DNA from: Sphingomonadales bacterium 32-65-25 | Lineage (GTDB): Bacteria; Pseudomonadota; Alphaproteobacteria; Sphingomonadales; Sphingomonadaceae | Assembly (NCBI GenBank): GCA_002280855.1 | Contig: NCEU01000006.1 | Coordinates: forward strand, 38,090-102,089 | Reading direction: 5' to 3' | DNA: 64,000 nt | Part shown: positions 37,273 to 46,666 of the stretch, piece by piece | Position numbering within the stretch: the stretch's first letter is position 1 | Layout of the letters: each line of letters begins with the position of its first letter | Notes under the pieces: generated by a model | The model's input: only the letters and a program-made list of their open reading frames with translations | Told to the model about the DNA's origin: nothing | Database searches by the model: none | Program-made: the position numbers and the translations under genes

Positions 37273-40200
37273 TGCGCGGGTGGCGCGTCTTACTGGTTTC
37301 GCTGCTGGCGTTGCTGGCGCTGATCATCGCCCTGCCCTTTGCGCTTGATACCCAATCCGGTCGCGACTGGACGGCACGGCGGCTGGCCGGGTTCAGCCTG
37401 GCCAACGGCATTTCGCTGCACGTGACGCGGATCAGCGGCAGCCTGTGGGGCAAGGCGACGCTGGAGGGCGTGGAACTGCGCGATCAGGACGGCCGCTTTG
37501 CCCGCGCACCGCGGGTGCTGCTCGACTGGACGCCGCGGGCGCTGATCAGCAACCGCTTCGAGGCGGCCGAACTAATCATCCCCGATGCCACGCTGGAACG
37601 CCTGCCGCGCCTGAAGCCAGTTTCTGATCCACGCATCCTGCCCGATATCGATATCCGCATCGGCAAACTGGAACTGGGTCGGCTGCTGGTAGCCAGAGGC
37701 ATCGCCGGGCCGGAACGACTGCTGAGTGCCAAGAGCCGGCTCGATCTCCACGCCGGGCGGGCGCTGGTTGATCTGGATGCCGCCGTGTCTGACGGAGACA
37801 CGCTGGCGCTGCACCTTGATGCCGAACCGGATCGGGACAAGTTCGCGCTCAACGCCAAGCTGGCAGCGCCAGCCGGTGGCCTGGTGACGACGCTGGCGCG
37901 AATGCAGGCGCCGCTCAATGCCACCGCCACTGGGCGCGGCCGCTGGCGCGATTGGACCGGGCAGTTGGTGGCCAGCCTGGGTTCCGCGCCGCTGGCCGAT
38001 CTGGCGCTGGCGGGCAAGGCCGGGGCGTTGGGGGCGCGCGGGCGCATCGATCCGGTGCCGCTGTTGGGTGGCGCCGCGAAAGAGGCGCTGGCCGGCGGGT
38101 TGGCTGTGGTGGCCGAAGTGGTGCCCGATGGCGATCTGACCCGACTGAAACTGACGCTGGATGGCAGGCAATTCACCGGCCGCTTGGGTGGCCGGATCGA
38201 CCGTGCCGAAGAACGCTGGACCGAAGCCGACATACGGCTGAGCCTGGCGGAGGGCAGCGCGCTCGCCAAGGGGTGGGGCGTCGATGGCGGCCTGCTCACG
38301 GCGCGGCTAGCCGGGCCATTGCTCGCTCCAATCATCGATGCGCGACTGCTGGCGAAGCGGCTGGCGCTGCCAGGCGGGCTGGCGCTGAACGGTCTGTCCG
38401 TGGCCGGGATCGCCGATCTGAACGAAACGGGCCTGTCGGCCCCGTTGGTTGCCACCGCTACGAGTCTCACCGGCTTGCCCGACAATTTGAAGCCCTTGGC
38501 CGGCAAATGGCGCGCCGAAGGACGGCTGCTTTATGCCAAGGGCCAGTTGCAAACCAATGATCTGAAGCTGGCCAGTGGGCCATTGGCGGCACGCATCGGC
38601 CTGTCGTTCGTGCCGGCCACCAGCGCCTGGGGGCTGAGCGCGGCGGGCGATGTGCGCGGTTGGGCGCTGCCGCAACTGGGCGTTGCCGACGCGACCTTCC
38701 GCGCCAATCTGAAACCCGGCGCCAACCGGAGCGTTGCCGGTAGCGGCGATTTCCGCCTGATCGCGGCGCGCCCGCCCGCCGGCGGGCTCACCCGCATTAC
38801 CGGCGGCGGCCTCACGCTGAGCGGGCGTTTTGCGCTGCTGCCTGGCCTGGCCGTTGCCCTGTCGGATCTGGTGCTGTCATCATCGAAACTGGCCGCTGCG
38901 GGGCGCGCGGGTTGGGCAAATGGCCGCTTCACGCTCGCCTCCTCCGGCAAAAGTCTTGATTGGGGGCCATTCGCACTCGATGGCGAAGGCACGGTCGCCG
39001 CGCCGCATTTAACCGCCCGGCTGGCGAAACCCGGCTATGGCCTCACCGCCGTGGCGGCCCGTATCGATCCTGCCGGCGATGGCTGGCGGGTGGATGGTGA
39101 TGCGCAATCGGGGCTGGGGCCGGTCACCTTGAAAGCCGATATCAGCCTGTCACCGGTGCTGCGGATCGATGTGGACCGGCTGGCCGCCGCGGATTTTGTC
39201 GCCAGCGGCCGGCTTGACCAGTCCCCCGCCGGGCCGTTCGCTGGCACGCTGGCGCTGGCCGGCAAGGGCCTCACCGGCAGCGCCAAGCTGTCTGCCGCCG
39301 GCGTCGTGCAACTGGCGGAACTGGCCGTGGCCGGCGACACACTCAATCTGCCGCTGGCGACGCCGATCACGGTTGACCGGTTGCGGCTGGCAGCGCGCGT
39401 GCTGCTGCCGGCCAGCGGCCCCGATATCGATGCCGCGCTTGATGTGGCCGGATTGGAACGGGGCAATCTGGTGGTGGAAAAGGCCACCGGCACGCTGCAG
39501 ATGAAGGGCGGTTCCGGCACCGCGAGCCTTGCCCTGTCCGGCAACAGCGGCGAGGCGTTCAACCTCGCCTTCACCGGCGCCATCGCGCCCAACCGTTGGC
39601 AGATCAGCGGCGGCGGCGACTATGATGGCCGTGCGGCCAAACTGGCCGGGCCGGCGGTGATCACCCGCGATACGGCCGGCTGGCACCTCGCCCCCGTCAC
39701 GCTCACCAGCGCGCTGGGCAATGCCGAAGTGGCCGGCGATTGGGGCGCGACGAAGCGGCTCAATGCCCGGCTCGACAAGGTATCGCTGCAGATGGTGGGC
39801 TTGGCCTATCCCACGCTCAATCTGGCCGGGCGGGTTTCGGGCACAATGTCGCTGGCACAGGCCGGCGATGCCGCCCCCACCGGCACGGCGGCCTTGCGCC
39901 TGAACGGCCTGTCGCGCAGCAACATCACCTCCACCTCCACCCCGATCGACGTTGGCCTCAACGCCGCACTGGGGGCCGGCGGCACGGTGATGCGCGCGGT
40001 GATCGTGCGCGCCGGCAAAGTGGAAGGCCGTGCCCAAGCCCGATTGGGCCCGATCCCGGCCGGCGATGCTGACCTTGTTTCCCGTCTGTTCGATGCCAGC
40101 GTCACTGGCCAATTGCGCTATGCCGGGCCGGCGCAGGATCTGTGGGGCCTGTCCGGCCTTACCGCGCTGGATGTGCGCGGCGCGGTGCAGGTGGCGGCCG

Positions 40201-41381
40201 ATGTTTCAGGCACGCTGGGCGATCCGCAAGTGGCAGGCCGGATCCGTGGGCTGGGTGGCCGGGTGGAAGCGCCCTTGCTCGGCGCGGTGGCCACCGATGT
40301 CAGCCTGGATGCCCGGTTCACCGCGTCGAAGCTGGAACTCACCCGCTTTGCCGGGAAATCCGGCCAAGGCAGCATCAGCGGATCGGGCAGCATCGATCTG
40401 AGCTATGAGCGCGCCTTTCCGATGGATATCCGCATGGTGGTGACCAACGCCGCCATCCTGGGCCGCGATGATCTTTCCGCCACCGGCAGCGGCAACATCC
40501 GGTTGGCGACCGACGAATATGGCGGCGTCGTTTCGGGTACGCTCACACTGTCGCGGGCCGATTATCGGGTGGGGCGGACGGCTGTGGCCGATGTGCCAGT
40601 GCTGCAGGTGACCGAGAAGAACACCCGCGTGCTTGGCCGGCGCACTTTGCAGTATATCGCCCCCACGCGTTGGCTGTTCAACCTCAACATCAAGGCCGAT
40701 CGCCGCTTGCTGGTTACCGGCATGGGCATCAATTCGGAATGGCAGGCCGATGTGCGGCTGCGCGGCGGCGCCACCACGCCGGAATTGTTTGGCCGCGTGC
40801 AACTGGTGCGCGGCGATTATGATTTTGCTGGCAAGCGCTTTCAGCTCACGCGCGGCGATATCCGTTTTGTCGGCGGCTATCCGCCCGATCCGATCATTGC
40901 CGTGACCGCCGAAAACGCCGGCAACGGCTTCACCGCCTTCCTGAATGTGGAAGGCACGGCGCAGCGGCCGCAGATCAAGTTCAGCTCGGTACCCGCCCTG
41001 CCCGAAGATGAAGTGCTGTCGCGCGTGCTGTTCGGCAGCAATGTCACCGACCTTTCGGCGCCCGAAGCCATCCAGCTGGCCGGCGCGCTCGCTTCCCTGC
41101 GCGGCAGCGGTGGCGGCTTCAACCCGATCGGCGCGGTTGGCAAGGGCCTGGGCATCGATCGGTTGCGCATCCTGCCGGCTGATGTGGTCACCGGGCGGCG
41201 CACCACCGTGGCCGCCGGGCAATATGTGGGCCGCAATGTCTATGTCGAACTCGCCACCGACGCGCAGGGATATACCGCCACCAGCATCGAGATCGGGCTG
41301 ACCCGCACCTTGTCAGTGCTCAGCCAGGTGGCGACGCTGGGCGGCACATCAGGCAGCGTGCGCTGGAAGAAGGACTATTGA
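37272..41381 (+). CDS. tamB: TamB translocation and assembly module subunit
   Basis: N-terminal TM, long beta-rich repeats, DUF490-like end (P.LPEDEVLSRVLFG...VRWKKDY); coupled to tamA. Confidence 0.9.
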   Translation: MRGWRVLLVSLLALLALIIALPFALDTQSGRDWTARRLAGFSLANGISLHVTRISGSLWGKATLEGVELRDQDGRFARAPRVLLDWTPRALISNRFEAAELIIPDATLERLPRLKPVSDPRILPDIDIRIGKLELGRLLVARGIAGPERLLSAKSRLDLHAGRALVDLDAAVSDGDTLALHLDAEPDRDKFALNAKLAAPAGGLVTTLARMQAPLNATATGRGRWRDWTGQLVASLGSAPLADLALAGKAGALGARGRIDPVPLLGGAAKEALAGGLAVVAEVVPDGDLTRLKLTLDGRQFTGRLGGRIDRAEERWTEADIRLSLAEGSALAKGWGVDGGLLTARLAGPLLAPIIDARLLAKRLALPGGLALNGLSVAGIADLNETGLSAPLVATATSLTGLPDNLKPLAGKWRAEGRLLYAKGQLQTNDLKLASGPLAARIGLSFVPATSAWGLSAAGDVRGWALPQLGVADATFRANLKPGANRSVAGSGDFRLIAARPPAGGLTRITGGGLTLSGRFALLPGLAVALSDLVLSSSKLAAAGRAGWANGRFTLASSGKSLDWGPFALDGEGTVAAPHLTARLAKPGYGLTAVAARIDPAGDGWRVDGDAQSGLGPVTLKADISLSPVLRIDVDRLAAADFVASGRLDQSPAGPFAGTLALAGKGLTGSAKLSAAGVVQLAELAVAGDTLNLPLATPITVDRLRLAARVLLPASGPDIDAALDVAGLERGNLVVEKATGTLQMKGGSGTASLALSGNSGEAFNLAFTGAIAPNRWQISGGGDYDGRAAKLAGPAVITRDTAGWHLAPVTLTSALGNAEVAGDWGATKRLNARLDKVSLQMVGLAYPTLNLAGRVSGTMSLAQAGDAAPTGTAALRLNGLSRSNITSTSTPIDVGLNAALGAGGTVMRAVIVRAGKVEGRAQARLGPIPAGDADLVSRLFDASVTGQLRYAGPAQDLWGLSGLTALDVRGAVQVAADVSGTLGDPQVAGRIRGLGGRVEAPLLGAVATDVSLDARFTASKLELTRFAGKSGQGSISGSGSIDLSYERAFPMDIRMVVTNAAILGRDDLSATGSGNIRLATDEYGGVVSGTLTLSRADYRVGRTAVADVPVLQVTEKNTRVLGRRTLQYIAPTRWLFNLNIKADRRLLVTGMGINSEWQADVRLRGGATTPELFGRVQLVRGDYDFAGKRFQLTRGDIRFVGGYPPDPIIAVTAENAGNGFTAFLNVEGTAQRPQIKFSSVPALPEDEVLSRVLFGSNVTDLSAPEAIQLAGALASLRGSGGGFNPIGAVGKGLGIDRLRILPADVVTGRRTTVAAGQYVGRNVYVELATDAQGYTATSIEIGLTRTLSVLSQVATLGGTSGSVRWKKDY

Positions 41382-41388
41382 AGGCGGT

Positions 41389-42492
41389 TCAGCGCCCGAT
41401 CAACGCCTGCGCCGTGCGATCCGCCACCACATCCGTCGCCAGCCCGCTGGCATCGGCCTCCGCAAACAGGGTGGCCAAGCGCGGGCCGATGGCATCCACC
41501 TGCACGTTCACCTCCGCCAGCGTCACCTTGTGCCCTTCGGTCTTGGCCAGATATTCAGCCACGACCGAGATGATGCCGCCAGCGTTGATGACATAATCAG
41601 GAGCATAGAGGATGCCGCGCGCCGCCAGCCGGGCACCGTCTTCCGGCGTGGCAAGCTGGTTGTTGGCAGCGCCGGCCACCACCGCCACGTCAAGCGCGGC
41701 AATGCTGTGCTGATCAAGGATCGCGCCCAGCGCGTTCGGGCTGAACACGTCGGCCTTCACCGCCATGATCGCGGCGACGTTCACCTGGGTCGCGCCCAGT
41801 TCGGCGGCCAACGCCGCGGCGCGGGCCGGATCGACATCGGCGATGGTCAGCCGTGCCCCCTCGGCGGCCAGCGCCCGGGCCAGCGCACCGCCCACGCTGC
41901 CAACGCCCTGGATAGCGATATGGAGCCCAGCAACACGATCGGTGCCCAGCTTGTGACGCACCGCAGCCTTCAGCCCGGCCAGCGCGCCCCGCGCCGTGAA
42001 CGGCCCCGGATTGCCGCCCACTTCGCCGGCCGCCACCGGCAACCCGGCCACATGCGGGGTGCGACGGGAAACGACCACCATATCGGCATCGCTCATACCC
42101 ACATCCTCGGCGGTCAGATAACGGCCGCCGAGCGCGGCGACGGCATCGCCAAAGGCTTCCAGCAGCGCTTCCGTCTTGGGCGCGTCAGCGATTACGACTG
42201 CCTTGCCGCCGCCCGCCTTGAGCCCCGCCATGGCATTCTTGTAGCTCATGCCGCGGGACAGGCGCAGCGCATCGGTGAGCGCCGCGGCCTCGCTGGCATA
42301 GGCCCAGCGCCGCACGCCACCGGCCGCCGGACCGAGATGGGTGGAATGGATGGCGACGATGGCATGCAGGCCGGTGGCCGCATCCTTCACCAGCGCCACG
42401 TGTTCATGCGCGTCGAACCCCGGCGCGCCGGCAGCATCAAGGGCAGCCAGCTGAACGGTCGCGAAACGGGCAACGGGGGCGGCAGCGGTCAT
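41389..42492 (-). CDS. Glu/Leu/Phe/Val dehydrogenase (leucine dehydrogenase-like)
   Basis: LGPAAGGVR, GMSYKNA, GGGKAV, TAEDVG, QGVGSVG, GAANNQL, PDYVINAGG. Confidence 0.93.
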   Translation of the reverse strand: MTAAAPVARFATVQLAALDAAGAPGFDAHEHVALVKDAATGLHAIVAIHSTHLGPAAGGVRRWAYASEAAALTDALRLSRGMSYKNAMAGLKAGGGKAVVIADAPKTEALLEAFGDAVAALGGRYLTAEDVGMSDADMVVVSRRTPHVAGLPVAAGEVGGNPGPFTARGALAGLKAAVRHKLGTDRVAGLHIAIQGVGSVGGALARALAAEGARLTIADVDPARAAALAAELGATQVNVAAIMAVKADVFSPNALGAILDQHSIAALDVAVVAGAANNQLATPEDGARLAARGILYAPDYVINAGGIISVVAEYLAKTEGHKVTLAEVNVQVDAIGPRLATLFAEADASGLATDVVADRTAQALIGR

Positions 42493-42592
42493 CAGTTCTG
42501 CTCCAACGGTCAGGATTTCATTGCGCGATATTGTAATAAAATTTCCGTTCGGCGCAACGGTCATTCACGGGCTGGCGCGCGGAACTTCTGGC

Positions 42593-42621
42593 TTGCCACT
42601 GGCCCCGCCCTCGTCTATCCC
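42593..42621 (+). promoter_or_regulatory. Sigma70-type promoter of tRNA-His
   Basis: TTGCCA-N17-TATCCC ending 23 nt before the tRNA. Confidence 0.55.
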
Positions 42622-42644
42622 GCGCCTCCCGGCAGGTTTGTCGT

Positions 42645-42722
42645 GGCGACTGTAGCTCAGCTGGTTAGAGCGCTGGTTTGTGGTACCAGAGGTCGCGGGT
42701 TCAAGCCCCGTCAGTCGCCCCA
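42645..42722 (+). tRNA. tRNA-His (GUG) with encoded G-1:C73 and CCA
   Basis: Acceptor GCGACTG/CAGTCGC, anticodon arm CTGGT-TTGTGGT-ACCAG, T loop TTCAAGC. Confidence 0.97.
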
Positions 42723-43267
42723 CCTGTTTTCCGCACTTCCCCACATGCGATTCTGGAACCGGCATTGCCGGCCGGATCGCTGCGATAATCATCGGCCTTG
42801 GCGTGCAGCACCACCGCCGCGCCATCAGCATCGAGCAGCGGCGTATCGCCATCGGCGAGGCGGAGACCGGGCAACAACAGGTTCATCTCTCCGATACCCT
42901 TTTCGGTCACGGCCAGATTGGGCAGATCGCCGGCATGGGCGCCCATTGGGTTATCCCGGCCATGCTGCTTGCCCGCCGGGTTGAAGTGCGGCCCGGCGCT
43001 GGTGAAATCCGGGCCAACGCAGCGGCCAACGGCGTGCAGGTGCATGGCATATTGTCCCGCCGGCAGCCCCTTGACCGTGGCGATCAGCTGCACGCCGTCG
43101 GTCATCTGCAGCAATTCCACTTCGCCCAGGCTGTTGCCGTCCGCCGTGAGCAGGCGGGTGGAGAGCATCAGCGATGGCGGCGCGCCGCCCACCCGGCCGA
43201 GGGATTCGGCCTTCGGCCCGCAGGCAGCGAGGGCGAGGAGCGGGATGATGAAAGCGGCGCGCTGCAT
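42701..43267 (-). CDS. sodC: Cu/Zn superoxide dismutase, lipoprotein
   Basis: Lipobox LAAC; ligands MHLH, GPHFNP, KQHG, HAGDLPNL, VLHA; GNAGSRIACG. Confidence 0.93.
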   Translation of the reverse strand: MQRAAFIIPLLALAACGPKAESLGRVGGAPPSLMLSTRLLTADGNSLGEVELLQMTDGVQLIATVKGLPAGQYAMHLHAVGRCVGPDFTSAGPHFNPAGKQHGRDNPMGAHAGDLPNLAVTEKGIGEMNLLLPGLRLADGDTPLLDADGAAVVLHAKADDYRSDPAGNAGSRIACGEVRKTGGATDGA

Positions 43268-43272
43268 GGGGG

Positions 43273-43785
43273 TTACTCCGATTGGTTCAGGCCATAATGG
43301 CTGACCAAACGATCAAGCGCCAGTTGCAGCACGAGTTTTCCCGCCCGCACCGGCCAACCCAGCGCGCGTTCGGCGGCTTCAAGCCCCTCGCCCTGGCAGA
43401 TCACCCGCCAGGCGATATCGGACAGGCCAGGGCCGCAGGCGGCAACCGCTGCCTCGAACCGGCGTTTGGCGGCGATCTGCCCCCCCGAAAGATCGGGCGG
43501 GCCGCCCTGCCCGCGCGCGGCTGCAGGCAGCGGATCCCAGCGCATCGTCACGCGCGGGCCCAATTGCGCATGGTAGAAATCGGCGCGCAGCCGTTCGCTT
43601 GCCAGCAGTTGCACCGGCGAGACATGGCCACGGCGCGCCAACCAGGCCAGCGGCGACTCGGCCAGATTCACCGTCACCCGGGCGCGATCGATGATATCGG
43701 GTGCCGGCAGGATGCGGGTGGCGAGCAGACGATTTTCGGTCGGCGGTGCGATGTCCGGGGTGATTTCCTGTGCATGGCGAGCCAT
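43273..43785 (-). CDS. DUF6456 protein (GafZ / GafA C-terminal-like, sigma4-like HTH)
   Basis: VTVNLAESPLAWLARRG, ERLRADF, RVTMRWD, GPGLSDIAWRVIC.GEGLEAAERALGWP.RAGKLVL.LALDRL; SD GGAG before ATG 43785. Confidence 0.8.
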   Translation of the reverse strand: MARHAQEITPDIAPPTENRLLATRILPAPDIIDRARVTVNLAESPLAWLARRGHVSPVQLLASERLRADFYHAQLGPRVTMRWDPLPAAARGQGGPPDLSGGQIAAKRRFEAAVAACGPGLSDIAWRVICQGEGLEAAERALGWPVRAGKLVLQLALDRLVSHYGLNQSE

Positions 43786-43853
43786 CGGCTTTTCTCCGTT
43801 GCGGCACGTTGATGATGGATTACCTCTTGCACAGGAGAGGGATTGTAGGACAG

Positions 43854-43874
43854 AAGTAACCAGAGAGGTTACTT
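43854..43874. promoter_or_regulatory. Perfect palindromic operator between the DUF6456 and XRE genes
   Basis: AAGTAACC-AGAGA-GGTTACTT, ending 5 nt before the XRE ATG. Confidence 0.7.
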
Positions 43875-43879
43875 GACCC

Positions 43880-44443
43880 ATGCTCACCCGTATCCGTGAC
43901 GTTCGAAAGGCGCGCGGCCTCACGCTGGCCGATGTTGCGGCCGCCTGCGATCCACCCACAACGCCGCAAACCATCGGGCGGCTGGAAACCGGCATGCGCA
44001 CCGTCTCGATCGACTGGCTGGAGCGCATCGCTGCCGCGATGGCGGTGCCGGCATCCAGCTTGGTCACCCTGCCCGATCGGGCGGACGTGCCGGTGGCGGC
44101 GCTGATCGGCAGCAATGGCGCCGATGCCCCCGATCGGCCACGCACGCTGCTGCCGCCGCAGCCGCAACCCGATCTGATCGGCCTGGTGGTGGAAACCGCT
44201 CAGGGCGATTATCGCAGCGGTGACGAACTTTGGGCGCAACGCCTAACCCCTGGCCAGTTCGGCCGCGCCATCAACCGCGATGTGCTGGCGCCGCGGCCCG
44301 CCGGCCGTTTTGCCTTTGGGCGCCTGATCGCCGTGGACGGCAGCCGCATCCAGCTGCTGCCCACAACGCCCGGCGCGCGCCAACAGGTGCTGGCTGAGGT
44401 GCCGTGGCTGGCGATGGTAACGATGCTGGTGCGACGGCCCTAG
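43880..44443 (+). CDS. XRE-family HTH regulator with degenerate S24-like C-terminal domain
   Basis: IRDVRKARGLTLADVA...TTPQTIGRLETGMR..SIDWLERIAAAM. Confidence 0.9.
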   Translation: MLTRIRDVRKARGLTLADVAAACDPPTTPQTIGRLETGMRTVSIDWLERIAAAMAVPASSLVTLPDRADVPVAALIGSNGADAPDRPRTLLPPQPQPDLIGLVVETAQGDYRSGDELWAQRLTPGQFGRAINRDVLAPRPAGRFAFGRLIAVDGSRIQLLPTTPGARQQVLAEVPWLAMVTMLVRRP

Positions 44444-44450
44444 GCCAGGC

Positions 44451-45803
44451 TCAGTTCGGCAGATTGCCGTTCAGTTCCAGCGCCCGGCCCGCCAGGTGCA
44501 GCGATCCGGTGACCAGCACCAGCGGCGGGCTTTCACTGTTGCGCGCGATGGCGCGCAAAGCCTTGGTCAGATCAGGCGCGGTTACAGCGGCCATGCCCAT
44601 GGCCGATGCGGTGGCTGCCAACTTGGCGGGATCATGGGCGGCATGACCCGGCACCGGCACGGCATAGAGCGCCGATGCCATGCCGGCAAAGCTCTTCAGG
44701 AAGCCTTCGGCATCCTTAGCGGCCAGCATGCCCGTCACCAGCAGCAGGCGCTGGCCGGATTGCAGCAAGGGTCGCACGCTTTCGGCCAGGGCACGGCCGG
44801 CGGCGGGATTGTGGCCGCCATCGACCCACAGGCTGCTGCCCGCTGGCAGCAATGCCCACAAGGGCCCGCTTTCCAGTTTCTGCAGCCGCGCCGGCCATTC
44901 CACCCAGCCCATGCCGGCGCGATAGGCCGCATCCTTGACCGGCAGCGCGGACTGCGCGCGCAGCATGGCGATGGCAAGCGCGGCATTGTCGTGCTGATGC
45001 ACCCCAGCCAGGCGCGGCAACGACACGGCCAGCTTGCCGGCTTCATCGCGGTAATGCAGCTGGCCCTCATAGGTCGCCGCATCCCAATCCTGCCCGCGGA
45101 TCAACAGCTTGGCGCCAGCCAGGCCCGCCACTTCCGCAATGCGGGCGGTGACGGCGGCGGGGTGACGGCCGGTGACCAGTGGCACACCCTTGCGCGCGAT
45201 GCCGGCCTTTTCGCGGGCGATATCCAATATGGTCGGGCCAAGCCATTGCGTGTGATCGAGGCCCAATTGCGCGATGCCGCTCACCAGCGCGGTGGGGATG
45301 ATGTTGGTGGCGTCCATGCGCCCGCCCAGGCCCACTTCGATGATGCAGGCATCGGCCTCCACCGTGGCAAAGGCCAGGAAGGCCGCCGCCGTGGTGAGTT
45401 CAAAGAAGGTGATCGGCGCTTCGCCGTTGCGCTGGATCACATCGTTCAGCAGCACGATCAGTGCATCATCGTCGATCAATTGGCCGGCAAGCCGGATCCG
45501 CTCGTTGAAGCGCACGAGGTGCGGGCTCGAATAGACATGCACACGCCGGCCTTCGGCTTCCAGGCAGGCGCGCAGCATGGCGCAGGTGCTGCCCTTGCCG
45601 TTGGTGCCGGCGACATGGAACACCGGCGGCAAGCGATGGTGGGGATTGCCGAGCGCGCCGAGCAGGCGTTCAAGGCGACCGAGCGTAAGATCGATCTCGG
45701 TGGGATGCAGATCGTGCGCCTTGCGGAGCAAGGCATCCAGGCGCGGGTTGTCAGACCGCGCCGGCGGCATGCGCGCGCCGGGTGGAGGGGGCGGCAGGCT
45801 CAC
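44451..45803 (-). CDS. folC: Folylpolyglutamate synthase / dihydrofolate synthase
   Basis: [40 protein letters not shown]. Confidence 0.96.
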   Translation of the reverse strand: MSLPPPPPGARMPPARSDNPRLDALLRKAHDLHPTEIDLTLGRLERLLGALGNPHHRLPPVFHVAGTNGKGSTCAMLRACLEAEGRRVHVYSSPHLVRFNERIRLAGQLIDDDALIVLLNDVIQRNGEAPITFFELTTAAAFLAFATVEADACIIEVGLGGRMDATNIIPTALVSGIAQLGLDHTQWLGPTILDIAREKAGIARKGVPLVTGRHPAAVTARIAEVAGLAGAKLLIRGQDWDAATYEGQLHYRDEAGKLAVSLPRLAGVHQHDNAALAIAMLRAQSALPVKDAAYRAGMGWVEWPARLQKLESGPLWALLPAGSSLWVDGGHNPAAGRALAESVRPLLQSGQRLLLVTGMLAAKDAEGFLKSFAGMASALYAVPVPGHAAHDPAKLAATASAMGMAAVTAPDLTKALRAIARNSESPPLVLVTGSLHLAGRALELNGNLPN

Positions 45804-46666
45804 GCGGCGCCGCTAACCTTTTTTGGGCGCGCCATCAGCAGAGTAATCAGGCGACCCAGGGTTTCCTTCAGGTCGCGGCGGTGCACCACCATGTCGAGCA
45901 TGCCATGTTCGAGCAGATATTCGGCGCGCTGGAAGCCCTCGGGCAGTTTCTCGCGAATCGTCTGTTCGATCACGCGCTGGCCGGCGAAGCCAATGAGCGC
46001 GTTCGGCTCGGCAATCTGGATATCGCCCAGCATGGCATAGCTGGCGGTCACACCGCCGGTGGTCGGATCGGTGAGCACGACGATATAGGGCAGCCCGGCT
46101 TCGCTCAGCATCTGGATGCCCACGGTGGAGCGCGGCATCTGCATGAGGGACAATATGCCTTCCTGCATGCGCGCGCCGCCGGCGGCGGTGAACACGATAT
46201 AGGGCGCCTTGGCGGCCAGCGCGGCATCAACGCCGGCAAGAAACGCCTCCCCCACACCCATGCCCATCGATCCGCCCATGAAAGCGAAATCCTGCACGCC
46301 CACAATGGCGCGCTGGCCCATGATGTGGCCGTCGCCGATCATCATGGCTTCGGGTTCACCGGTGGCGGTGCGAGCGGCTTTCAGGCGATCAGTGTATTTC
46401 TTCTGATCCTTGAACTTCAACGGATCTTCCGCGACCTTCGCCGCCGGCAGCACACGGAAATCGCCATCGAACAACTGGGTGAAGCGCGCATTCGGGCCAA
46501 TGCGATCATGGTGGTCACAGCGCGGGCAGACGCTGCCATTGTCTTCCCATTCCTTGGTATAGACCATGGCGCCGCAATTCTTGCACTTGGTCCACAGATT
46601 GTCGGGCGTGTCGCGGCGGGCGAGGAAGCCGGTCAATTGTTGGCGGGTGCGGGTGATCCAGCTCAT
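45800..46666 (-). CDS. accD: Acetyl-CoA carboxylase carboxyltransferase beta subunit
   Basis: LWTKC..C...[37 protein letters not shown]. Confidence 0.98.
   Translation of the reverse strand: MSWITRTRQQLTGFLARRDTPDNLWTKCKNCGAMVYTKEWEDNGSVCPRCDHHDRIGPNARFTQLFDGDFRVLPAAKVAEDPLKFKDQKKYTDRLKAARTATGEPEAMMIGDGHIMGQRAIVGVQDFAFMGGSMGMGVGEAFLAGVDAALAAKAPYIVFTAAGGARMQEGILSLMQMPRSTVGIQMLSEAGLPYIVVLTDPTTGGVTASYAMLGDIQIAEPNALIGFAGQRVIEQTIREKLPEGFQRAEYLLEHGMLDMVVHRRDLKETLGRLITLLMARPKKVSGAA

Noticed and set aside
42514-42545. Imperfect AT-rich inverted repeat upstream of the amino-acid dehydrogenase (possible Lrp site)
   Set aside because: Too degenerate and no cognate regulator nearby.
42700-44450. Intact prophage at tRNA-His
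   Set aside because: No integrase, att duplication or structural genes, and composition is host-like; at most a domesticated regulatory pair.
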